Source of the DNA: the human T2T-CHM13v2.0 reference genome, Homo sapiens
Length of the DNA stretch: 64,000 nucleotides
Strand: one strand, 5' to 3'
NCBI RefSeq assembly: GCF_009914755.1
Contig: NC_060929.1
In this document: positions 25,147 through 38,472 of the stretch, piece after piece
Layout of the letters: every line of letters starts with the position of its first letter
Numbering within the stretch: position 1 is the stretch's first letter
The notes under the pieces: model-generated
What the model saw: only the letters and a program-made list of their open reading frames with translations
Database searches by the model: none
What the model was told of the DNA's origin: nothing
Translations under genes and position numbers: made by a program

Positions 25147-27685
25147 TGTTTGTAAATCCCATTTCACCAGCCGGTGCATACATGCATTTCTTTTATCCCC
25201 CTACCAACGCCAAAACACACCTACATTTGGCATTTGTTTTCCTCTGCTAATGGCTGCACAAAGGAAAAGTCTTTTCTTTTCAGTTTGCTCACTGATGCTG
25301 CTGCTGTGTCCCCATAGGAAAGCAGGGGTCCCACCGGGCGGGTCAGAGGGGACCAGTCTCTGGTTTCCTGAGCTCCCTGCAGCCATGGCTCCAAGCTCCG
25401 CACCGCACAGGTGATCCCACCCATCCTGGGCCCCAGTTTGGAGAAACTGTCACAACCATTGAGGAGAATTAGGAGAGACACAATAAGCATGCCTATGAGT
25501 GTGGCATACATAAAAAGTCTAGAAGGACACTCAATAAACTCAATAAACAGCCTTAGTGGTCGATCTCTGCAGAGGGGGCCAGAGAGCTGGGAGCTCAGAA
25601 ACATGATGAACCAAAGCAGACACTTCCCCGTGCCATTTCTGGGAGGGCTGATTGGTGACACTTTTTTGGGTCACAGTTTGGTAATAATTAGCAACATTTA
25701 AGTACACATAATTCCATCTTAAGAAATTAATCCCAAGGGACTCCACAGATGCCAGTCCAGGACAATGAACAATGGCATACCCCATGGCACTGCTGGCATC
25801 CTAGAGTCTAAGCACATTGCGGCTCCTCCATGCCATGGGCACCACCGACGGGCCTGCCAGCCTGCCCCTGCTGACAAAGATTTGCAAAGGTATTTCAAAC
25901 GAAAAAAGCAAAACCCTGAAGGGTGTGTATAATGCGATCCTCTATGTATTTTTCTAAGCACAAACCTGAATATTACGCGTAGAGGGCATCTGGTCTGCCT
26001 GGGAGGATGTCCATGGTTAAAAACACTGAGGCTGGGTCTGGAAGCTCTGCACCATTCACATTTTTCACCATGAAAAACAAGTGTGCGAAACAGCAGTGTT
26101 AAGTACGCTATCTGCTTTTGCTCGCTGCACAAAAATAACATTTGTACAAACAAAAGACTATTTAAGCTTAACAAGAGCAGCAATAAAAAACAGGTCCAAA
26201 TCGATCCTGTGTATGCCCAGTTTCTGTAATGGAGGGCTCTGTGCTGAGTAAGCTCTCTGGTTTCACACTGTGCACAGTTAATAAATGGTTATTAATAATA
26301 GCAATGATAATGGCCTCCACGTGCTACTGAAATGCAATTAGTTTCACAGTGGAGCATGCTACACATCTGAGGATGAACATTCAATTTTCACTCACATCCC
26401 AAACTTTTAAGTGGTCAGACCAACAGTTTGCATAAAAGGCCCTCCTGTGTGTTGCACTGTGTCTTAATTTCATAACTCGACCGCACCCCGGGCCCCAGCT
26501 GCTGCTTTTGATTAAATCAGTGGACGACTGTATTAACATCCCTTTGGGACTCTGACACTCCAGGCTGCATGTGGCTGCAAATTAATAAATGCTGGGGCAC
26601 AAAGAGACTGCCCAGAGGGCACCTTAAAATACGTGCCTCTTCCCCTAACATATCTTGGGAGAAAAAGAAGCGTCCCTGGAGGGTTGATGGGGTGGACACG
26701 CAGAGTGAGCACGGGAGCGCAGGCAGGGAAGGGACCATCTCTTCCTCATCAGCAGCCCCTCTGCAGGCAGGTGGCTGAGAAAGGCACAGGAAAAGGGCTC
26801 AGGGCGTTTTCAAGAGGAAGGCTGGGCAGGAAGGAGAGGGGAGAGAGCTGGAAGGAGGAGGCAGGATGTGGCAGGCCCTGGGGCCGTCTTTGCATCGAGC
26901 CACCTCCCCCAACCTTGAGAAGAGGAACAGGAGGTTAGGAACAGATGATGGCCCATGAAAAGGTGAAAATAAACTAGCTGTGATGCGTTAAAGAGGGTGA
27001 CGCCTACGAGTCCTGCAGCCACTGCAGGCAGAGGAGGCCCTGCTTCCCTGACCCATCTGCCTGCGGCTGCAGGTGACACCTCACAGTGGCTGTGCCTCCC
27101 AGGACTCCAGCTTGAGACTCGGGAATCCTCCCACCTGGAGAATCGGGAAGACTCCTGCTTGCTTTTCCAGTCGGATTATTTACCTCGGTCCCGCCAGCAT
27201 CTATGCCCTGACTTGAGACTACTCTAGGCAGAGGCGAAGGTGAGGCCAGCCAGGGAGGCAGCAGCCGTGGATGTGGGCAGGGCCATGGACGGACAAAGCA
27301 GCTCCTCTGCAGCTCCCGGACGCAACCTCTGGTGAGCACTGTCACCAACCATGCCATTCCTCAGCACTCCCAGAGGGAGCCTGCAGACAGCCCCGCGTGG
27401 ATGGCTGCTGCTTCTTATTCCAAACTCTGTCTAGACTGAGGCGCAGTGCTGGGCCTTGCGCTCATCAGATAAACTAAACTTGAAAACTCACAATGACGCA
27501 TCCGGGGTTTAAATTTACTTACATGAAATTCAATTTTTAGCCTTAAGTCACTCCTACAAAGTAAGTTTCTACAGGAAAGGGCCAACATGAGCACCCAGTG
27601 AATGGAAATCCAGGCCATCCTCATCCTGAAGGTGCCAGAGCAGGCCCCGCCGGCTGCCTGAGAGCTCCCATTCCTTGTCAGTCCC

Positions 27686-27848
27686 CTCTGCCCCTGCCTG
27701 CCTCAGTTCTCTGCCCCTGCCTGCCTCTGTTCTCTGCCCCTGCCTGCCTCAGTTCTCTGCCCCTGCCTGCCTCTGTTCTCTGCCCCTGCCTGCCTCAGTT
27801 CTCTGCCCCTGCCTGCCTCTGTTCTCTGCCCCTGCCTGCCTCTGTTCT
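27686..27848 (+). repeat. Minisatellite, 23-bp unit x7
   Basis: CTCTGCCCCTGCCTGCCTC(A/T)GTT; variant order A,T,A,T,A,T,T. Confidence 0.96.
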
Positions 27849-27899
27849 AAGGACTGTAAGAGCTAAACCTAAGATCACTCGACTCCCTCGTAATCGGGG

Positions 27900-28265
27900 G
27901 CGGGGGGCCATGCGACAGTGTTCTTGTCCATGAGATGTGAGCAGAAGTCCATGAGAAAGACAGCCCTTCCAGAATAAAATGGCAAAGCTTCCACAGGAGA
28001 AATCTTTTTGCCCGTCGGCCTTTGCCCTCCCTCTATGTTATTCCTGCCTGGAATGCAAACGTGATGCCTGGAGGTGCAGCAGCCATCTTGTAATGTGAGG
28101 ACAGAACCCATGCTGAGGATGGCAGAGCAGACAGGTGAGCCTGGGTCCTGGCTGATGCCTGTGAGGAGCTACTGCTGTCTGGGCAGACAGCTTAGCATTG
28201 CTGTTGCAGGAGAAAAATTAATTTCTATCTTTGCATCTCATTCTTAGCTGAACCTTTCCTAATTT
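27900..28265 (+). mobile_element. Old MaLR LTR fragment (MLT1K-like)
   Basis: TTCCTGCCTGGAATGCAAACGTGATGCCTGGAGGTGCAGCAGCCATCTTGTAATGTGAGG motif. Confidence 0.55.
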
Positions 28266-28581
28266 GCAGCAAACCTACATGAAACAGTAAAGGACAATCA
28301 CAGTTAAAATAAATACAACACATATGTGTAAATATACGTTTATAATTATTTTTGGTGCATATTTAAATTAAGGGAGAGAAGTTACGTAAAATTATTTTCA
28401 AAATTTTAAGGTATGATGGACATTATTATCCTGTATAAGATGGCTCACTCCTAAAAAAACCTGGAAAACTTCAACGATAGTGGAAAAACAGAGACGCTTT
28501 TTAATCCATCATGAAAAATCCTAGCACAAGCCCAAGTGGAAACACTATTCCCCAACAGAAATGCAAAGGCAGAAAAGCCCC

Positions 28582-28654
28582 CTGAAAGAGGGATCCTAGC
28601 AGTCAGCCTTCCTCCTACTGAAAGAGGGATCCTAGCAGTCAGCCTTCCTCCTAC
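28582..28654 (+). repeat. Perfect 36-bp tandem duplication
   Basis: CTGAAAGAGGGATCCTAGCAGTCAGCCTTCCTCCTA x2. Confidence 0.95.
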
Positions 28655-30019
28655 ATGACTGCCTTAATTGTTGGGCAGTAAATGGCTTTGTAGAATGTAA
28701 CGTGGTCACAAAACCCCAAGGAGCCAACTGCAGAAGGAGAGGCAAGCAGACCCAGTGCCAAGCAGAAGAGGGCAGGGCCATGAAGGAAAACCAAGGGACA
28801 TGTGACCGCCTGAGCACCAGAGAAGCCCCAGCTACAACCGGTACTCAAGGGGCAGCCCCACCTCTCTGCTGCTTTGCTGATTCCTGATTCTGAGCAAAGG
28901 ATGCTATAAATAAAGCTAGAAATAAATATTCCACCAGTGTATCCCTTGTTTTCCCAGCCTCTCTTCCAAATTTCCTCTTCATGCTCAGCTGCAGGGTGAA
29001 GCTGACCTCCTTCCTGCTCTCATGATCATAACGGCTCTGCTGTGAAGACCGCAGCTACGGGGATCTTGTGACCTCAATTGGTCCGTACCCACATGGAGGT
29101 AATGGCCAATCTGTCTCCTTTCTCTATATGTCTGAAAGAAAATAATAAACTGACCTGAGCTTGGGCTCATCTAAGCATGCTGTTGTGTGCCAGGGAGACT
29201 TCTCAGTGTCACCATCCTCATCCCCATCTTCATGGAACCAGGGCTAAAGGTCCGGCAGACATGTTAGAAGATGCAATGTGCAAAAAAAAGGAAAAAAAAT
29301 TAGACAGTTGCTCTGGGAACCAAGGCTAGCAATCAAACAGTAAAATAAAGACAGGAATAACTGAAGTGACCCTTTATTGACTGATTGCTATTGATTGGCT
29401 GATCAATTACTTACCACATCCCCGGCACCAGAGAGAGTAAACGTGTAAGCACATGCTTTCCTTCTATCAACACTGGGAGTTGTTCTCCCTACTCTAGAAG
29501 TGCCCCAGCTGAGAGAAGCCCCCAGGCCATACAGCAAGGAATAGGCCAAATTGGGCCCTAAACTGACGCCTGCCAGTTCTCCCTGCCCAGCCGGGACCAC
29601 AGGCTGCAGCACAAGGTCTCCACCATCAGACATCACTTTGAGCTGAAGACAAGTCAGGCCTCAGAAACCCAGCCAAACCAGGTAAGGCCTACGTGGGGAG
29701 CCCCCAAATCAGGGCGGGAAGCCCCCAGATCACGGTGGGAAGTGAAAGAGGGGCTGGTGATTCAGCACGCAGCACAGCCAATCACTGAGAGGTCCACTAT
29801 CTGGCCATGGGCTGAGCAAGGGGGTCCTGGGCCTGGGAGCTTGCTGGGAGCCACCTCCCAGGTCATTCATCTGTGCTGCCAGGGCCGGGCTGTGTCTGAG
29901 CTGAACACTTCAGTAAGCACCTGCTTAACACAATGGTGTCCAAATCCCCCAGGGCTGCAGCTCTCTACAGCGTGTGTGCCTTCTGTACCATCCCCCGCCT
30001 CATCCATCCTTGGGCTCTT

Positions 30020-31350
30020 ATATTATTTTTCTGGGGATGCTGTAACAAATCATCACAAGCTGAGTGGCTAAAAAGAACAGAAATTTAGTCTCTCGTGGTT
30101 CTGGAGGGGAAAAGTCAGAAACTAAGGTGTCAGCAGAGCTGTGTTCTCTCGGAAGGCTCCACGGCAGGGTCCTCCTGGATTCTTGCAGCTTCCGGTGACC
30201 CTGGAGCTCCTTGGGGTGCCTTGGCTGGCAGGTGCATCAGTTTCATCAGCTGATCGGCCACTGCCTCACCTGGCATGCTCTCCTGTGTGTCTCTGTTTTC
30301 TCTTATAAGAACACAAGTCATTAGACTTAGGGTTTACCGTAATCCAGTATGACATCGTTTTAACTTAACTGGCTACATCAGCAAAAACTTGAGTTCCAAA
30401 TAAAGTCACAAAAGTGGGCGAAGGACATGAACAGACACTTCTCAAAAGAAGATATTTATGCAGCCAAAAAACACATGAAAAAATGCTCATCATCACTGGC
30501 CATCAAAGAAATGCAAATCAAAACCACAATGAGATACCATCTCACACCAGTTAGAATGGCAATCATTAAAAAGTCAAGAAACAACAGGTGCTGGAGAGGA
30601 TGTGGAGAAACAGGAACACTTTTACACTGTTGGTGGGACTGTAAACTAGTTCAACCATTGTGGAAGTCAGTGTGGCGATTCCTCAGGGATCTAGAACTAG
30701 AAATACCATTTGACCCAGCCATCCCATTACTGGGTATATACCCAAAGGACTATAAATCATGCTGCTATAAAGACACATGCACACGTATGTTTATTGCGGC
30801 ATTATTCACAATAGCAAAGACTTGGAACCAACCCAAATGTCCAACCATGATAGACTGGATTAAGAAAATGTGGCACATATACACCATGGAATACTATGCA
30901 GCCATAAAAAATGATGAGTTCATGTCCTTTGTAGGGACATGGATGAAATTGGAAACCATCATTCTCAGTAAACTATCACAAGAACAAAAAACCAAACACC
31001 GCATATTCTCACTCATAGGTGGGAATTGAACAATCAGATCACATGGACACAGGAAGGGGAACATCACACTCTGGGGACTGTTGTGGGGTGGGGGAGGGGG
31101 GAGGGATAGCACTGGGAGATATACCTAATGCTAGATGACGAGTTAGTGGGTGCAGCGCACCAGCATGGCACATGTATACGTATGTAACTAACCTGCACAA
31201 TGCGCACATGTACCCTAAAACTTAAAGTATAATAAATAAATAAATAAATAAATAAATAAAAATAAAAATAAAAATAAATAAAGTCACATTCTGAGGTTTC
31301 AGGTGGACACGATTCACGATTTTGGGGGAAGAACCATTCAACCCAGTCCA
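30020..31350 (-). mobile_element. MaLR LTR (MLT1C-like) split by an L1PA2
   Basis: GCTGTAACAAATCATCACAAGCTGAGTGGC through CCAAATAAAGTCACA, resuming as AAATAAAGTCACATTCTGAGG after the L1. Confidence 0.8.
30411..31275 (+). mobile_element. 5'-truncated young L1 (L1PA2-like) with intact ORF2 C-terminus
   Basis: ORF 30427-31029 is the L1 ORF2p C-terminal 200 aa ([18 protein letters not shown] knuckle, ends IFSLIGGN). The 3' UTR has GATGACGAGTTAG (GAG rather than the ACA of L1Hs-Ta). (AAAT)n tail; 13-bp TSD AAATAAAGTCACA at 30398-30410 and 31276-31288. Confidence 0.95.
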
Positions 31351-31415
31351 GGCTCCCATGTGCAAACTTCCCCAATTGCCCTGCCTTATCCCTAAGTCCC
31401 TAAAAGACTGGATGA

Positions 31416-31418
<3 letters not shown>

Positions 31419-31458
<40 letters not shown>
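31419..31458 (+). repeat. (CA)20 microsatellite
   Basis: Direct reading. Confidence 0.95.
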
Positions 31459-31460
<2 letters not shown>

Positions 31461-33599
31461 TGCATGCACATGGAGCTTGTAAGTACATACATATGGATAC
31501 ACACATATGTGTGTATATATATTGTCATATTGAAATGAATTAGCTCTATTACTTAGAGGCTGCCTTCTAAACAGAACCGGGAATCTGGGACTGGAGCAGG
31601 AACCAAAACAGGGTTCCTTGAGGTCCCTGCTCCTAATGCAGCTCTTTGGCAGCTGGAAGAAATGGCATCTTCCATGCAGGGGTTACTGATCACCTTGGCA
31701 CCTGCATTCCCACTCACACTCTGCCTGAACAACCATCCCAATACATTCCACTGCTCGCCCCAACCAGCAATGAGTACAGCCCCAGTGGTTTCAGGGTGTG
31801 ACGTGCTCAGAGCTCCTGCAAGCTGAAGGTGAGACCAGCACACACAGCACGGCCCACCTAGTATCGCGCAGCACGAGGCAAGTCACCTTCCCCATCTCCC
31901 TCAGTACCCCCTGCCCTCCACCTCTAGCACATTCTCTCTGATGGAATGACCAAAGGCAGTCTGAGCAGCAGACGCCTCCTCCCAGCAAAATCCAGGCTGC
32001 AGTTGGCCTACTGCATGTGTGACCCCGGAGATGTCCCTTCCCTGTTCGGGACCCTGGCTCCCCTCTGTGAGTGGAATGGGTCTGGGGATAAACGAGGTAC
32101 CATCCCTCAAACCTGCGCACAGTGCCCGATCCAGAGTCAGTGATCAACACCTCTTACTGTGGAACAGCTCCAGGGTCTCTCCACAGAGTTGGAGATGCTG
32201 GTCTTGGGCTCCCGAGGACAATGGCAGCTGGCACTGCCCTCTGCAGTGGCGCCATCGAAGCTGCTACATCTGCCTCCAGAGCCAAGCCCTGTGATGAGGC
32301 CAAGCCTCAAACGGCAGGATCATCGGGGCAACCGCAGGGACACTGTCTAGCAGACCTGGGCTTTGACAGGGCTCCAGAGAGGGATGGAGGAGCTGGGTCC
32401 CCAGCTGTGTCCACCCAGGTAAGGGAACACCCCCAGATGGGTCAGCTTGGGCACCTCAAACCACGTAGACTTCATGACTGTTTTGGAGGAATCTTTTTTT
32501 AAGTCTCAGCTTCAGCATTTGAGTACACATGGTGCGTGCAAGCCTTCCAGTATCAAAGTGGATGGAGCACAGGGCTGTGAGTCACAGGATGCTGCTGGAC
32601 ACCCAGCCCCTCCCTGACCAGCCACACGCCCATGGCCAGTCAGCCAGCCCCTGAAAGGCTGGGTTTATGTTGATACTAAAAAGTTGCTATTGAGTTTATT
32701 CAAAATAATAATGTTCTGCCTACAAAACACCTGGCTTAGCAATCAGCTTGGTGATGCAACCGCTATGCCATTCGGCCTGCTTGTAAGCAGGGTATTCATA
32801 CTTCAGAGGGCTCTAGTCTCCAAAAACCAGTGAGAACGATGCCATCTGCATCTGTGCCAACACGGCAGTGTGGTGATGCTTCAGGTCTGTGTACGATAAA
32901 TCACTGCAGCTAGACAGTCCTCAAATTAGAACTGGCCTCCTCTATCTTTCCAATGTGTTTAAAATTACACGGGCACGTGCATCCCAACTCTGTGTTTGCC
33001 GTGCACTTACCAAAAACAAACAGCCCAGTATGTGTGTGGCTTTGAAACTGTATGTGTATAAATGACAAGCTGGAGCTTCTGTCTGTGTCTTCCGTGGAGA
33101 ACCTGTACTTACCAGCTCAGGAAGGGGGCACTGACCTCCACCTGGGAAATGAGGAAGTTCAAGTCTTCCTCTGGCAGAGCGTCCTCAGGGGCTTCCTGCC
33201 ACACTGCTGGGGACACAGAAATTCTCCCCATGCCTCCTGCCGGCAGCGACCTATGCACACACCTCTCCTGCCCCATGGCCTGGTGGTCCCACACACTGCA
33301 GCCCGTCCTACCCTCAGAGGATCTGCACTCCCGCAGTTCTGCTGAAGCGCGTGTATGCCAGGGCCATCTGCAAAAATTCTGGCTTTCTCAGCTGTGTGAC
33401 TCCCACTGCCACCCACAGTATTTCTTCCTTATCACCAAGTCATGTCATTTGTTTTCTTTTTGTGTCATTTAGTTATTTTTCTTCCAAAAACACAGAAGAG
33501 AATCTTTTGGTACAAAGAAGAAGACAAACACTGCTGCTGGTTCTTTAAACACCCAGACTTACTTGTGTTATAGAATTTGAGGCCAAATGCATACATCAG

Positions 33600-34380
33600 T
33601 TTGCTCATTCGTTTAACAATTGATATGTACCCATTACGTCTCAGTCACTGTGATAAGTCCAGGGTATAGTAGTGGACGAGGCTGGTGTGGTCCAGACTCT
33701 TAAGGAGATGACAGTCTTGAAGGTCAGATACTTCCTCTGTAACTCTGAGAGCTACCTTTGATACTTATTGGATGTCAAAGGAGAGTTTGACAAACAGACC
33801 AGCACTGGTCTGAGGTGTCAGAGAAGGTGAGATAACAGAAATGACTTTTACACTGCAACCTGAAAGATGCGCACAGGTGAGCCAGGAAAGAGGTGAGTTA
33901 TGTGGAGGTGTGGTGGACTGAGAGGATGAAATACGAGTATGACTGGAGTGAAAATAAATAAATAAAAGCAAGGAAATGGGGTATTTAGGAGACTTAGTGA
34001 TGGCAATGATACCAGGGCAGGGGAAGAGGGAGGGACAGAAAGGAGGCAAAGATGATATGACCAGCTGAAAGTTCATGCCACTTTCTGAGGCAGACACAGA
34101 GGGAGACTTGGGTAGGAAAGGTATCTGTGTAATTTTAGAGACACTGAGTTGGAGGTTCCTGGGGAATAGCAGAGGGGGAAAAAAATGGAAGTTGGGTTAC
34201 AGAAGTGTAGGACTCATTTAGGCTGGGCTATAAACCTGGAATCTGAGCACAGGATGGTAACCGGTGCCAGGGAATAGATGAGCTTGTCCAGGGAGAGGGT
34301 GGGTAAGGAAAGATGCCTCGAGGAACCCAAACCTGAACCTCTGCTGGAGCATGCTGTTTAGAAGTCAAGGAAAGAGAGGG
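33600..34380 (-). mobile_element. L2 fragment(s)
   Basis: CATTCGTTTAACAATTGATATGTACCCATTAC...CACTGTGATAAGTCCAGGGTATAGTAGTG resembles the reversed L2 3' end; further L2-like sequence follows. Confidence 0.5.
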
Positions 34381-34828
34381 CTCTCCGGAAGCTGTGCTGG
34401 TTGGAATGGGGTCTGGATTCAGCATTTTAATAAGCTCCTTGGTGGTTCTGCCACGAGTAGGCAGAAGTCTGCCTTGGAGAAACTCATTCAGATGGAGCTT
34501 GGACAAGGCCGACCCTCAGCTAATGTTGACTGAATCAACGTGTTTTGTAATTATGTATTTGTCCGTCTTTCTGTATCAATACATACAGATCTTCATTCCT
34601 TCATTCATGTTAGTCATAGCACAGTTATCCAGCAAATGGATAAAGCACGATTTATCTAAGCCATTATTAATGGACATTCAAGTTATTGCCTTTTTTCCTT
34701 TATAAAATGTAAAATTTATATAATGTAAAAATTAACACCTGCCTATTCTTCTGCTGGGTTTTCTTATTTGTGAAAGAGCTCTGCATAGTAGTCATGAAGT
34801 TCCTTGTGATATGTATAATAAGTATTAC

Positions 34829-35140
34829 AACTGGGCTCAGTGGCTCACACTTATAATCTCAGCATTTTGGGAGGCCAAGGAGGGAGGACCACTTGAGGCC
34901 AGGAGATTGAGACTAGCCTGGGCAATATAGTGAAACCTGATCTTTACAAATGAAAATAAAAAACATTAGCTGGGCATGGTAGTGCACACCTATAGTCCCA
35001 GCTACTCAGGAGGCTGAGGTGGGAGGATCCCTTGAGCCCAGGAATTTAAGATTACAGTGAGCTATGATTGTGCCACTGCACTCCAACCTGGGCCAGAGTG
35101 AGTCCCTGTCTCTATTTTTTAAAAAAAAAAAAAAAAAAAA
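34829..35140 (+). mobile_element. AluJ
   Basis: CTGGGCTCAGTGGCTCAC, GAGGTGGGAGGATCCCTTGAGCCCAGG, GAGCTATGATTG, poly(A). Confidence 0.9.
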
Positions 35141-35877
35141 GAACTTTCTTAGCTTTTTTGCCTTTTGAATTTATGGTGTTTTTAGCCTTATGTTATTTAT
35201 TTTTTTCTAACAGCTATACAGCCAAATGTATCGATCTTTTCCTTTGTAACTTCTTAGGTTTGTGATACATTTAAAAAGTTTAAGAAGTGGTACACCTGCC
35301 ACCTAACGTCACCTGAGTCTTGACAGAACCAAGGACTGTATATTGTCGAACTCCCTTGGGGCAATGGCACCTCTGTCACTTGGACAGATGGGTCACTTCT
35401 GTGCAGGTGAGTGGCAGGAAACACAGCAGGCTCACCTGGCTATACAGGGTAAACATGTGACCTCGTTTGTAGCCAGCACCTGTATTGTCACTGACTGTAG
35501 AAATATTTTAATGAGGCACTCATATATATTTGATAGGATTCAAAAAATGGAAATAAAAAAAGAACACAGAAAACTGATAAACTACTCAGTGACATTACTG
35601 ATACTCCCCAAAGATGAGCGCTTCCCCTTGTACCTAACACCTGGTTATTTCAGGACTTGAGCACAATAGAGACAGATGGTATCACAATCCTAATCAAGTG
35701 TAACTCCAACAGCTCAACTTCCAGGAATTTACCCTAAATAACAATTGAACAAGTGGAAGATGTATGGTCAAAGATAATAACTTCATATTAGTGAAGAACT
35801 GGGAAGCACACAGGTACCCAATGGGAGCTGATAAACTAAGCCCAGGAGAGCCACAGTCTTGTGACGTGGCAGGCACA

Positions 35878-36015
35878 GGCCCAGCTCTCCCATTCGTTAG
35901 CTGGGTGACCTGAGCAGGCGCCTCAGGTCCCTCATCTGTAAACCTCACCGATTTACTGTGGGAATTGAGGCAATGCATGGAAAGTGCTTAACCTGTGTCC
36001 AGCATGTAAATAACA
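35878..36015 (+). mobile_element. MIR
   Basis: TTAGCTGGGTGACCTGAGCAGG, CCTCATCTGTAAA, GCATGGAAAGTGCTTA. Confidence 0.65.
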
Positions 36016-37750
36016 ACACATCTGCTGTTAGCACATTAATGGAATGCTAAATATTAAAATTATGTGAGAGGAAGTTTGAGTTGCCCAGATTTCATGGCAT
36101 CCTGTTAAAAGAATAAAGGTTACCAACTCATGTGCATAGTAATAATTCCACATCTAGTTGTTCAGTGTGTGTGCACATCTGTGCAAGAGGAGAACATCTA
36201 GATGGATGAAAATCACAATAGTAACAATTTGGGCAGAAATGTGGAGATTTTTGTAGCTCTATTTTTCAGTTTTCTGTAATGAACCCTTCTGATTGTACAC
36301 CCAAAAAGATAAAGAATGTTCTAGTTCTGTGTAAAGGTGGGGCTTAATTTTCGCTTTTTCATTCTGACCCACAGAGGCAGCACAGATTATCTAGAACAGT
36401 GACACAGGCTCAGGCCCTGTTTGAGTCCATACCTGCCTCGTGGTGGTTCAGCGGTGTCCTTGGGCATAACAAAAATCAGTAGGCCCTGGGGCTGTTTGCC
36501 CGATCTGTGTCTGCAGGAAGAAAGGGGTGGGGAAGAAGAGGTCAGAAGCAAAGCAGGGATTGGAACGAACTGGGTGGCAATGGGCAGGGGTGATGTGAAG
36601 CAGCTGATCGAAATGGCTGATACCGTCCCAGGATGACTCTCGCAATCATTCTTTTAACCAAAATGAGGTCTTTGAGAAGAAGGGATGAAGGGCCAGCCAG
36701 GTGTGTGCACCTGAACCCAAGCTCCTCCGGGTGGAGAGCTCTGGAAGGCAGTGTCAGTGACAGTCACAGCATGCCTCGCCGAGTGTCAAACGCGGCCTGG
36801 AACCCTCCAGTCCTCTCACACTGACATCAATTCCGAGCTAAGTAGATTCCTCAGCATTTCAGAAGATTTGAAAGTGACGGGCACTTGTGACTAACAGTAA
36901 TGGCAGGTGGGGTGGAATTAAGGGGCATGTGGCCTGTCACAGTGTCGAGGGGCTCCAACACCTCTTCATTGCCTGGGGACCCACTGTGGTGGTGTCATCA
37001 GACACACTGATGAAAGTTAGGAGTTCCAAGGCAGTGCATCCATATACCCAAACTTTTACTCAAAAAAAGACTGGTGAATATTCCAGAATAATGTGTGACA
37101 GCTACACCGCCCCTGCTGGGCCTAGGTCAGCAGACTTGTCATGCTGTGGGCTACCAGATACGCATCTCTAGCTGACAGTCACCCTCTCTTCCCAAGGCTC
37201 AGACATCAAGATTAAAACAGCTTGAGGCCACCCGATTAACTCAGTCCCAGGATATGTAGAACAGCCCCTACTGCCGGCACATCCTCCATGTTTCAGAGCC
37301 CAGGAAGAGGGGACTGTGGACACTTTGGACCCACCCAGAACCAGCACAGAGGGAGGCGAAGCTGCAGGGCTTCGGGCACGTTAAGCCCTGGTGCCCCAGC
37401 TTCAACATCAGTAATATAAAGAAAGCCGGACCTCACAGGGCTGGTGAGGGCCAGGTGAGTTGATGCAGGTGAAGTGTGTGGGAAGAGCCCAGCGAGCCAC
37501 GTGCCCACATGGCCCTCGTGCAGCAGCCAATAGTCAGCATCCTGATGCCAGAAAAACAAGGCGGAACAGCGATTCAGGCACCCGAACCTGCCAGCAGGGG
37601 CCTCCTCTACTCTAGCAGAAATTCTTCCCCTTGGTAGCAGTAGGAGTCCTTTTCTGGTGCTGTTTTGGAGAGAACAGAACTGCTAGCGAGGGACCAGCTT
37701 CCTAAGGGGCCTGGCCCCTGACTCTTGGTAAATACGACCCTCCTGGGGAG

Positions 37751-38140
37751 TATTCTGGACTGAGTTGCATCCCTCCAAAACTCCAGTGTCAAAGCCCTAA
37801 CCTCAGGACCTGAGAATGCAACTGTATTTGGAGACAGGTTCTTCAAAGAAGTAAGTTAAAAATGGGTCCTTCGGGTGGGTCCTAATACCATCTAACTGCT
37901 GTTCTTAGATTCTAAAGAGGTTAGGACACACAGAAGAGACACCAGGGCTGTGACACACACAGAGGAACGACCACGTGAGGTCAAAGTAAGCAGGTCTGCA
38001 AGCCAGGGAGGCCTCGGGAGAAACCCACTCTGCAGGCACCGTGAGCTTGTACTTCCAGCCTCCAGAACTGTGGGAAAATACATGTTTGTTGTTCAAACCA
38101 CCCAGAATGTGGTGTTTTATTCCGGCAGCCCTGGCTAGGA
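37751..38140 (+). mobile_element. MaLR LTR (MLT1B-like)
   Basis: AATGCAACTGTATTTGGAGACAGG, GGGTGGGTCCTAATACCATCTAACTG, CTTCCAGCCTCCAGAACTGTGGG. Confidence 0.8.
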
Positions 38141-38179
38141 TCGAGGCTGGTTCAGGATCGCTCGTAGGAGGCAAATTAA

Positions 38180-38472
38180 CACAGATTCCCAGGGCCCATC
38201 CTAAAGCCTGAGGCTCAACACGTCTGAACTGGGGCCCTACCTTAATAACAAGCCTGCCCAGGCCATTCGGACACAGGGGTCTATAGGTCAACCTCCGCAC
38301 AGGCCGCACTAGGGCCTCAACTCCAAGGGTGGCCCACAGATCACAGAAACAGCACCACCTGCAGTTCATGAAAAATGCAGTTTGCAAGGCCCAACGGACG
38401 TGTGAATCCGAACCTGCAGGTTCACAGAATCCCCTCAGGATCTGTAAGCACACTGAAGCTGAAACAGCCCTG
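38180..38472. mobile_element. MER5A-type hAT fragments
   Basis: CAGATTCCCAGGGCCCATCC and CAGCACCACCTGCAG...AAATGCAG...GAATCCGAACCTGCA motifs. Confidence 0.5.

Noticed and set aside
30427-31029. 200-aa ORF as a host gene
   Set aside because: It is the L1 ORF2p C-terminus inside a 5'-truncated, promoterless L1.
32232-32255. CTCF-like motif (also near 16305 and 37592)
   Set aside because: Each deviates from the core at key positions or in spacing; not supportable by eye.
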